Below are positions 57,159-64,000 of a stretch of 64,000 nt of DNA, one piece after another (the stretch's first letter is position 1; every line of letters begins with the position of its first letter). The translations under genes and the position numbers were made by a program. The stretch is from Candidatus Levyibacteriota bacterium (GTDB lineage Bacteria; Patescibacteriota; Microgenomatia; Levybacterales; UBA12049), in the NCBI GenBank assembly GCA_963716145.1, contig OY970292.1, positions 268,104 through 332,103 of the forward strand, given 5' to 3'. The notes under the pieces are model-generated. The model had not been told where the DNA came from. It searched no databases and saw only the letters and a program-made list of their open reading frames with translations.

Positions 57159-59255
57159 ATGAGTTTGCAATCTCCTATTACCCAGGGAAGCAGGTCTCTT
57201 AAAATGTTTGCCGGAAGACTGGAAAAACTCGGAATTTTCACATACGAAGACTTTCTTTTTCATCTTCCAACTCGTTATGAAGATTACTCAATAATCTCCA
57301 AAATAGGCCAAGTCCAAGCAGGAGAAACAGTGACTATCCAAGGGAAGGTAATAGATATTAAAAATCAATACCTAAAAGGTAGGCGGATTAAAACTATTCA
57401 AAAGGCAATAGTTGCCGATGAGACCGGCAAAATCGAGCTAGTATGGTTTAACCAGCCTTTTCTTATAAAATCCTTGATTGAAGGAAGCGCCGTTTCAGTC
57501 TCCGGCAAAATCGAATCATCCAAAAAAGGATTATCTATCTCTTCACCAATTTATGAAATAATTTATGAGAATCAACCAAATCCTATACACACTGGGCGCT
57601 TAATTCCTGTTTACCCTGAAACAAAAGGAGTATCCTCCAAATGGTTAAGGCGGCAAATTCATAATACAATTGATCAATACGAGGGCGAACTCGATGAATA
57701 CCTGCCTTTAGATTTAATTGAGCAGAATAATTTTTTGGATTTAAAAACTGCGATAAAAGAAATTCACTTCCCCGTATCCTTTGATAAGGCGGAAAAAGCA
57801 CGTATCAGACTTTCATTTGATGAATTACTTCTTGTCCAACTCGCAGCTGACAAAAGAAGATATGCGTGGAAAGAAAAAAATACAATAAAACCATTTAGTG
57901 TTGGGGAATATAAAAAAGAGCTTGATGAGCTCATTGCTTCTTTGCCGTTTCAACTTACCAATTCTCAAACCAAAGCAATAGGGGAAATCCTAAGAGATCT
58001 TGCAAAAAATAAACCCATGAACAGACTTTTGCAGGGTGATGTAGGGTCGGGTAAAACAGTTGTAGCTGCAATCGCGATATATTTATCTTTTTTGAACGGC
58101 TATCAGTCAGTATTCATGGCGCCAACCGAGATACTCGCCAATCAACATTTTGAAACAATTTCCAAACTTTTATCTCCCTTGGGAATTAAGGTTGAGTTAG
58201 CAACTGGTAGCAACAAAAGTATAAAGGATAAAGTATTAAGTATAAAGCAAAATAAAAACGTCGAAAAAAAGCTTAATACTTTATACTTTCCCCTTGATAC
58301 TGACATATTGGTCGGGACACATGCTGTGCTCTCGGAAAAAGTTAAATTTAAAAAGCTCGGCTTTGTTGTAATTGATGAGCAGCAGCGCTTTGGAGTAGCG
58401 CAAAGAGGAGTAATAAGAGGCAAAGGAAAAAATCCACATCTCTTGACCATGACCGCTACTCCGATTCCGCGGACAGTCGCCCTGACAATGTATGGCGACT
58501 TGGATCTTTCCTATTTACATGATATGCCAATGGGGCGAAAAATTATCAAAACATGGCTTGTGCCGCCTGAAAAAAGAGATCCCGGATATGAGTGGATAAA
58601 AAGGCAAATTAAAGAAACCAGCTCGCAGGTATTTATTATCTGTCCTTTCATTGAAGAATCTGAAAGCATGCAGACCATTAAAGCAGCAAAGGGGGAGTTT
58701 GAAAGACTGCAAAATGAGGTTTTTCAAAACTTCAAACTTGGACTACTTCATGGAAGACTAAAATCCAAAGAAAAAGAAGAAGTGCTCAGCAAGTTCAGAA
58801 AAGGTGAATTTGATATTTTAGTGGCAACACCTGTAGTAGAAGTCGGAATTGATATTCCTAACGCGACAATAATCATGATTGAGGCCGCTGAACGGTTTGG
58901 TCTTGCCCAGCTCCACCAATTAAGAGGCCGTGTTGGAAGGGGAGAGAAGCAATCTTATTGTCTTTTGTTTACAGACAGCAAGCAAGCTCAAAATTCACAA
59001 CGACTTAAAGGGATGGAAACTCTCTATTCGGGAGCGGAGCTGGCTGAGCTGGATTTAAAACTCCGTGGACCGGGTAATATGTATGGAACTGCTCAGCATG
59101 GGATCCCCAAATTAAAAGCTGCCTCATTTTCTGATACAGATTTAATTAAAAGAGCCAAGCGCGTTGCTGACCGGATATTTTCTGACTTGGCAAAATATCC
59201 AAAGTTACAAGAAAAAGTAGATATCATAACTGAGCAATTAGTCTCACCTGATTGA
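57159..59255 (+). CDS. recG: ATP-dependent DNA helicase RecG
   Basis: 698 aa. Wedge domain. GDVGSGKT, DEQQRFG, MTATPIPRT, QLRGRVGRG. Confidence 0.9.
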   Translation: MSLQSPITQGSRSLKMFAGRLEKLGIFTYEDFLFHLPTRYEDYSIISKIGQVQAGETVTIQGKVIDIKNQYLKGRRIKTIQKAIVADETGKIELVWFNQPFLIKSLIEGSAVSVSGKIESSKKGLSISSPIYEIIYENQPNPIHTGRLIPVYPETKGVSSKWLRRQIHNTIDQYEGELDEYLPLDLIEQNNFLDLKTAIKEIHFPVSFDKAEKARIRLSFDELLLVQLAADKRRYAWKEKNTIKPFSVGEYKKELDELIASLPFQLTNSQTKAIGEILRDLAKNKPMNRLLQGDVGSGKTVVAAIAIYLSFLNGYQSVFMAPTEILANQHFETISKLLSPLGIKVELATGSNKSIKDKVLSIKQNKNVEKKLNTLYFPLDTDILVGTHAVLSEKVKFKKLGFVVIDEQQRFGVAQRGVIRGKGKNPHLLTMTATPIPRTVALTMYGDLDLSYLHDMPMGRKIIKTWLVPPEKRDPGYEWIKRQIKETSSQVFIICPFIEESESMQTIKAAKGEFERLQNEVFQNFKLGLLHGRLKSKEKEEVLSKFRKGEFDILVATPVVEVGIDIPNATIIMIEAAERFGLAQLHQLRGRVGRGEKQSYCLLFTDSKQAQNSQRLKGMETLYSGAELAELDLKLRGPGNMYGTAQHGIPKLKAASFSDTDLIKRAKRVADRIFSDLAKYPKLQEKVDIITEQLVSPD

Positions 59256-59305
59256 TTCAGGCAAATACTTGACAAATTACCTATAGATCAATTAGGCTTA
59301 AATAG

Positions 59306-60016
59306 ATGAATAAAAAAATATTACTTTTATCCGCACTGCTTTTTGTCTTTTTTACGCCTGTCACCTCAGCTCACGATGAACCTACAAGCTCCTCAGCAAA
59401 ACCTCACGACATAAAACAACCTGTTATGCGGGTAATGGAGCAGAAAGAAAATTTTAAGATAAAAAAAGAAGAATCCAAAGAAAAATATCAAGAGAAAATA
59501 GACGCAATGCGGCTTGAATTTAAGGCAAAACGTGAAGAATTCAAAGCAAAACTGGCAGAATTGAAAGATACTCGCAAAAAAAATATTGTTGAGCACGTTG
59601 ATTTGAAACTTTCCAACATAAATAAGAACAGCACGGCTAGGATGAGTCAATCACTCTCCAAACTCGACACTCTTCTTGAAAAATTTTCATCCCGTGCCGC
59701 CATTCTCAAAACCGAAGGCAAAGACACAACAGAAGTAGACGCAGCAATAGTTACCGCAAAAGCTGCAATAAAAACCGCTACAGAAGCAGTCGCGATACAA
59801 GCAGCCAGAGAATATGCAGCTGAGATCAAAGACGAGCAAACTCTAAAGAATACTGTTGGTGAGGCAGTTAAATCTTTGCGACAAGATCTGAAAGCAACAC
59901 AGGATCAAGTTAAAATTGCCAAAGAAAAAGTAATGGATGTCGCAAGAGCTCTTGCAAAATTGCATTCACCAAAAACCACATCAACACCCAGCGCAGCAGT
60001 TGAGTCGGGTATATAA
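59306..60016 (+). CDS. secreted coiled-coil protein
   Basis: 236 aa. Signal peptide, K/E-rich heptad repeats. Confidence 0.4.
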   Translation: MNKKILLLSALLFVFFTPVTSAHDEPTSSSAKPHDIKQPVMRVMEQKENFKIKKEESKEKYQEKIDAMRLEFKAKREEFKAKLAELKDTRKKNIVEHVDLKLSNINKNSTARMSQSLSKLDTLLEKFSSRAAILKTEGKDTTEVDAAIVTAKAAIKTATEAVAIQAAREYAAEIKDEQTLKNTVGEAVKSLRQDLKATQDQVKIAKEKVMDVARALAKLHSPKTTSTPSAAVESGI

Positions 60017-60021
60017 TAATT

Positions 60022-60348
60022 ATGGAAGAATCACAAATTCAACCAACACCACCTGTAACCTCACAGCAACAGCCTTCAGCTGTACAACAATCCAAAAACA
60101 ATAAAAATCTCTACGTTGTATTTATTGTCGTATTAATTCTGGCAGCTGGAATGGTTTTTTATATAATAACAAATAACCGAAATCCAGTAAGCAATCAGGC
60201 ACAAAACAGCTCTATACCTACTCAACCACCAGTAGTTTCTCCAATTTCAACCGGTTCTGCTGAAGAAAAAGAAGTCGAGCAAGTTGATGTGATTGATACA
60301 GCACCCACAGATTTTCCCGAAGTTGAAAAAGACGTTCAGGGATTATAA
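60022..60348 (+). CDS. hypothetical single-pass membrane protein (Q/P-rich)
   Basis: 108 aa with a central TM helix. Confidence 0.35.
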   Translation: MEESQIQPTPPVTSQQQPSAVQQSKNNKNLYVVFIVVLILAAGMVFYIITNNRNPVSNQAQNSSIPTQPPVVSPISTGSAEEKEVEQVDVIDTAPTDFPEVEKDVQGL

Positions 60349-60417
60349 GTTTTTATCACCCAAACTATCAGCCAGTTCCCCTTGCAACTAAAGCCAAAAT
60401 AAAGTAAAATAGAGTTA

Positions 60418-60621
60418 ATGTCACAAGAACCAAAAAGACGTCATTCAATTGCCCGCAAAGGCAAAAGACGCGCAAGTATCAAACTTACTGTTACCAAATC
60501 AGTTGTTTGCAAAAACTGCCAAAGCCTATATCTTTCCCATACCGTATGCGCAAATTGCGGTTTCTATAACGGAAAACAGGTAGTTGCCACCAAAACAGTC
60601 AAAGCTCAGCCAGCCGAATGA
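60418..60621 (+). CDS. rpmF: 50S ribosomal protein L32
   Basis: 67 aa. KRRHSIARKGKRR and a Cys cluster CKNC...CANCGFYNGKQV. Confidence 0.75.
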   Translation: MSQEPKRRHSIARKGKRRASIKLTVTKSVVCKNCQSLYLSHTVCANCGFYNGKQVVATKTVKAQPAE

Positions 60622-60977
60622 AAACATCGCATGACCCCAGGCATAAAAAAAGACAAAGCATCGTTCAGCAACTATTTGGAGTTGAATTTCACATCCAGTC
60701 AGTAAGCGCTGAAACGGAAAAAGTAATGAAGTATAAAGATACTATTGATAAAAATATAAGGGACGCGGCTCCTGATTTTCCGGTTGAGAAGATTAATAAA
60801 ATTGATTTGGCTGTGCTTAGACTTGCTACGTATGAATTATTGATTGATAAAAAAGAACCGCAAAACGTAGTAATTGATGAAGCGGTTGAGTTGGCTAAAG
60901 AATTTGGAGGGGAGACTAGTCCTGCTTTCGTAAATGGGGTATTAGGCCACATACTTTCCTATGAACACACTACCTAA
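60618..60977 (+). CDS. nusB: transcription antitermination factor NusB
   Basis: 119 aa. IDLAVLRLATYELL...AVELAKEFGGETSPAFVNGVLG. Confidence 0.8.
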   Translation: MKTSHDPRHKKRQSIVQQLFGVEFHIQSVSAETEKVMKYKDTIDKNIRDAAPDFPVEKINKIDLAVLRLATYELLIDKKEPQNVVIDEAVELAKEFGGETSPAFVNGVLGHILSYEHTT

Positions 60978-61626
60978 ATTCAAAAATCCCAAACTACATC
61001 GATTGGCTTTTATTCACCGTTCATATTTAAATGAGTCAAAGTCCGAAACCGAATCCAACGAAAGACTCGAGTTTTTGGGAGATAGTATAATTTCTTTTGT
61101 CATATCCGAGCATTTATACAAAACATATCCAGGTTTTGATGAAGGTATTCTAACCAATCTTCGTTCTTTGGTAGTAAACACAAAAAGTCTTGCAAAAATG
61201 AGCAAGAATCTAAATTTCGGCGACCAGCTACTCCTCTCAAAAGGTGAGGAAGACTCGGGAGGGAGAAATAATCAGTCTCTTCTGGCAAATACATTTGAAG
61301 CATTTACAGGCGCACTGTACATAGATCAGGGGATAGATGCTGTATCTAAATTTTTAAGCGATGTACTCGTTCCAACAATCGCGGAGCATGTTCAGAAAAA
61401 AGTATTCAAAGACCCAAAGAGCCTACTCCAGGAACAAATTCAGGCTAAAAAGCAAAATTCTCCATTATATAAAGTGCTTGAAGAAGTTGGGCCTGCACAT
61501 GCAAAAAGATTTACTATTGGAGTATTTGTTGCAAATGAACTCCTAGGACAGGGGAGTGGCAAATCCAAACAGGAAGCTGAGGAAATAGCAGCAGGAGCAG
61601 CTCTTGAGAAGATAGGTAAACTCTGA
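60961..61626 (+). CDS. rnc: ribonuclease III
   Basis: 221 aa. ERLEFLGDS signature plus C-terminal dsRBD. Confidence 0.9.
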   Translation: MNTLPKFKNPKLHRLAFIHRSYLNESKSETESNERLEFLGDSIISFVISEHLYKTYPGFDEGILTNLRSLVVNTKSLAKMSKNLNFGDQLLLSKGEEDSGGRNNQSLLANTFEAFTGALYIDQGIDAVSKFLSDVLVPTIAEHVQKKVFKDPKSLLQEQIQAKKQNSPLYKVLEEVGPAHAKRFTIGVFVANELLGQGSGKSKQEAEEIAAGAALEKIGKL

Positions 61627-61707
61627 TACAATATAGATCTGCTAATAGCAAATGGCGTATGGCAAATAGTTACCATAAGCTATAAGCACTTAGCCATAAG
61701 CAAAACT

Positions 61708-61935
61708 ATGTCACTCGTAATAAGACTTACAAGAACAGGAAAAAAAGGAGAACGTAAATTCCGCGTAGTTGTCAAAGAAAAGCGTAGTAAGCGTGATGGC
61801 GGCTATATTGATCTCTTGGGCTGGTATAACAAAACAAAAGATATGAAAAATAAGAAAATTGATATGGAAAAATACAATCGCTGGATAGCTCAAGGCGCGC
61901 AGCCTAGCGCGACTGTTCAGGAAATTGTTAAGTAA
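61708..61935 (+). CDS. rpsP: 30S ribosomal protein S16
   Basis: 75 aa. MSLVIRLTRTGKKGERKFRVVV. Confidence 0.9.
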   Translation: MSLVIRLTRTGKKGERKFRVVVKEKRSKRDGGYIDLLGWYNKTKDMKNKKIDMEKYNRWIAQGAQPSATVQEIVK

Positions 61936-61959
61936 TAACTATCCGTTAAAACCAAATTT

Positions 61960-62202
61960 ATGAAAGATACTCTTCAATACATTATTTCCGCAATTGTTGA
62001 TGACCCCGATGCTGTAAAAATTGAAGAGAAAGAAGAAGATGGAATGCTCAACCTTGTTGTAACGGTAGCCAAAGATGATATGGGGAAAATAATCGGAAAA
62101 GAAGGAAAAGTTATAAGAAGCATTCGCAATATCATGAAAATCAAAGCGATGAAGCATGACGTGCGGATCAATATCACCCTCGCCGAAATCCCCCAGGAAT
62201 AA
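61960..62202 (+). CDS. KH domain RNA-binding protein (YlqC/UPF0109)
   Basis: 80 aa. GKIIGKEGKVIRSIR KH motif. Conserved position after rpsP. Confidence 0.8.
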   Translation: MKDTLQYIISAIVDDPDAVKIEEKEEDGMLNLVVTVAKDDMGKIIGKEGKVIRSIRNIMKIKAMKHDVRINITLAEIPQE

Positions 62203-62223
62203 GCCATCTGGTACAATCAAAAT

Positions 62224-62745
62224 GTGTTAACTAATCTTCTTGAACTAAGTATCGTCTTTGTTGTTCTTGCTTTAATACTTTTTCCGCTTGCTTTATCTTT
62301 ATCTTTTTTCTTCGGCGCACCTTTTGTCGCAACGCCTAAAAAAATTATTAAGGAGATGATTACACTTTCTGAAATGAAATCAACCGACACCGTTTTTGAT
62401 CTGGGCTCAGGAGATGGACGGGTACTAATGGAATGTGCAAAAGTTTGTAAAAAAGCAATTGGATATGAAATTAATCTATTTTTAGTTGCCTGGACAATGA
62501 TTAAAATAATGATAGGTCAACAATCAAAAGTAGATGTGAAGTGGCAAGATTATAATAAAGCCAAGTTCAATGATGCTACAATTATTTTTTTGTACAGCAT
62601 TCGCGGATTTATCCCAAAGCTTCAGGAAAAACTCAAAAAAGAATTAAGGCCCGGAACAAAAATCATTTCCTACAAATTTCCTTTATCCGGCCTCAAGCTT
62701 ATTAAAAAAACTAAAACTGATATTTATCTTTATTTGGTTAAATAA
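62224..62745 (+). CDS. class I SAM-dependent methyltransferase (small, N-terminal TM)
   Basis: 173 aa. VFDLGSGDGRVL motif I. Confidence 0.55.
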   Translation: MLTNLLELSIVFVVLALILFPLALSLSFFFGAPFVATPKKIIKEMITLSEMKSTDTVFDLGSGDGRVLMECAKVCKKAIGYEINLFLVAWTMIKIMIGQQSKVDVKWQDYNKAKFNDATIIFLYSIRGFIPKLQEKLKKELRPGTKIISYKFPLSGLKLIKKTKTDIYLYLVK

Positions 62746-62815
62746 TCTTCGAATCTGCTACAATACAGGTATGATTCTTCGACTTTGCTCAGAATCATAT
62801 TGAGTTTATCGAAAT

Positions 62816-63523
62816 ATGAAAATAACGATTTTGACACTTTTTCCCGAAATGTTTGCAGGTCCGTTTGATCATTCAATCATCAAAAATGCCAAGCAAAAAG
62901 GACTTGTGGAGATAGACTTTGTAAATATCCGTGATTTTGGAGTTGGGAGACATAGAATGGTTGATGATACTGAGTACGGCGGGGGAGTGGGAATGGTAAT
63001 GAAAGTTGACGTACTTGATGCCGCAATTAAAGCATCAAAGATCAAAGATCAAAGATCAAAGATCAAAGAAAAGATTGTATTGCTTAGCGCGACGGGCCAA
63101 ACATACAATCAAAAAACAGCAAAAGAATTTTCAAATCTTGACCATCTGATACTAATCTGCGGACATTATGAGGGAGTTGACGAACGAATAAAAAGCTATA
63201 TTGATGATGAAATTTCAATCGGGGACTTTATTCTTACGGGTGGAGAGATTCCTGCGATGCTTATAATAGATAGTGTCGCGAGGTTGATAAGCGGAGTCTT
63301 GCCACCTGGCGCGGTAGAGGACGAATCTTTTTCCAAGATAGACGATCAAACTCTACTTGAATATCCGCACTATACTAAGCCTCAAATATATGAAAACGCT
63401 GAGGTACCTGAAGTCTTGCTTTCCGGAAATCATCCAAAAATAAAAGAGTGGAGGAATAAAAAAGCCCAAGAGTTGACGAAAAAACTCCGCCCCGATCTTC
63501 TAAAAAAGCGGCACAGCGGATGA
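62816..63523 (+). CDS. trmD: tRNA (guanine37-N1)-methyltransferase
   Basis: 235 aa. MKITILTLFPEMF, GGGVGMVMK, LICGHYEGVDERI. Contains a 7-mer x5 tandem repeat at 63033-63067. Confidence 0.9.
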   Translation: MKITILTLFPEMFAGPFDHSIIKNAKQKGLVEIDFVNIRDFGVGRHRMVDDTEYGGGVGMVMKVDVLDAAIKASKIKDQRSKIKEKIVLLSATGQTYNQKTAKEFSNLDHLILICGHYEGVDERIKSYIDDEISIGDFILTGGEIPAMLIIDSVARLISGVLPPGAVEDESFSKIDDQTLLEYPHYTKPQIYENAEVPEVLLSGNHPKIKEWRNKKAQELTKKLRPDLLKKRHSG

Positions 63524-64000
63524 AGTCCCCGCTTGGGAAGTATTTTCTTGAACGATTGAAGTTTCCTGCCAGGCAGACAATTGCCGGATCAGAGCCTGCT
63601 TTGAATCGGAGACAGAAGTAATTAGCTCATCTTCTTTAAAAGCAATTTTGGGTAAAGTTTTGTAATAAAAATGCATATCAATAATTAGAGAATTAGAATC
63701 TCCCTTAACATTTGTGATTTCAACCACAGGAATTTTTTCAGCAATTTCAGCTAGAAATTTTTTCCCTCCATCTGTACTACCTTTAATATCTACAGTAATA
63801 TCTATGGCCACAAGGTCGCTTTTGTGATCACTTTTGACTTGGCCGTTAGTCTGCGCTGGCTTATCAAGCTGAAAACTAAAGTCAGAAACAGAAACACCTG
63901 ACCTAACTGAAGCTTGAGAAATTACATTTAAAATGCCCTCAAAATCTTTGTCTGCCGGAAGAGAACGGGTTACGACCTGCAGCTGAGAGTCAACTACTGA
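63500..64000 (-). CDS. hypothetical protein, possibly PilO-like pilus assembly component (3' part; gene continues beyond window)
   Basis: Minus-strand frame is open from 64000 down to the stop at 63500. C-terminal pattern ...DITVDIKGSTDGGKKFLAEIAEKIPVVEITNV...MHFYYK weakly resembles PilO. Confidence 0.35.
   Translation of the reverse strand, partial: SVVDSQLQVVTRSLPADKDFEGILNVISQASVRSGVSVSDFSFQLDKPAQTNGQVKSDHKSDLVAIDITVDIKGSTDGGKKFLAEIAEKIPVVEITNVKGDSNSLIIDMHFYYKTLPKIAFKEDELITSVSDSKQALIRQLSAWQETSIVQENTSQAGTSSAVPLF

Overview
Low-GC (~35-38%), gene-dense bacterial window with many reduced domain architectures (trigger factor without a PPIase module, ThrRS without its N-terminal domains, PheT without its tRNA-binding domain). 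This style is reminiscent of a Patescibacteria/CPR-like or otherwise streamlined genome. Gene content: (i) 1-10.2 kb is a minus-strand cell-surface module. It has a pyruvyl transferase, a GT2, a GT2+GT4 fusion glycosyltransferase, two secreted proteins sharing a novel N/S/T/G-rich repeat, a sortase, a Cys-rich secreted protein and a DsbB/DsbA pair. (ii) Housekeeping genes: nth, typA, DEAD-box helicase, zur-zupT, obg, cysS, tyrS, recG, rpmF-nusB-rnc, rpsP-KH-trmD, PBP1A, and the classical thrS-infC-rpmI-rplT-pheS-pheT operon. (iii) Ten tRNAs, several clustered with compositionally atypical (GC/Arg-rich) ORFs. (iv) The most interesting signal is a set of at least five leader-peptide transcription attenuators. 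One is Leu-rich, one Val/Leu/Ile-rich, one Ile-rich, and two are aromatic (Trp/Tyr/Phe) leaders. Each has a textbook 1:2 / 2:3 / 3:4 alternative hairpin architecture and a U-run terminator. They sit upstream of ilvA-ridA-pepT, pheA, and two uncharacterised ORFs (a 259-aa internally duplicated protein and a 123-aa protein). Technical caveat: at least nine genes are split by single-nucleotide frameshifts that all sit in homopolymer runs, and one tRNA T-stem is repaired by adding one G. This points to systematic homopolymer under-calling rather than genuine pseudogenes. Three separate 7-8 nt tandem repeats (one abutting a surface-protein start codon, two inside cysS and trmD) are also notable.
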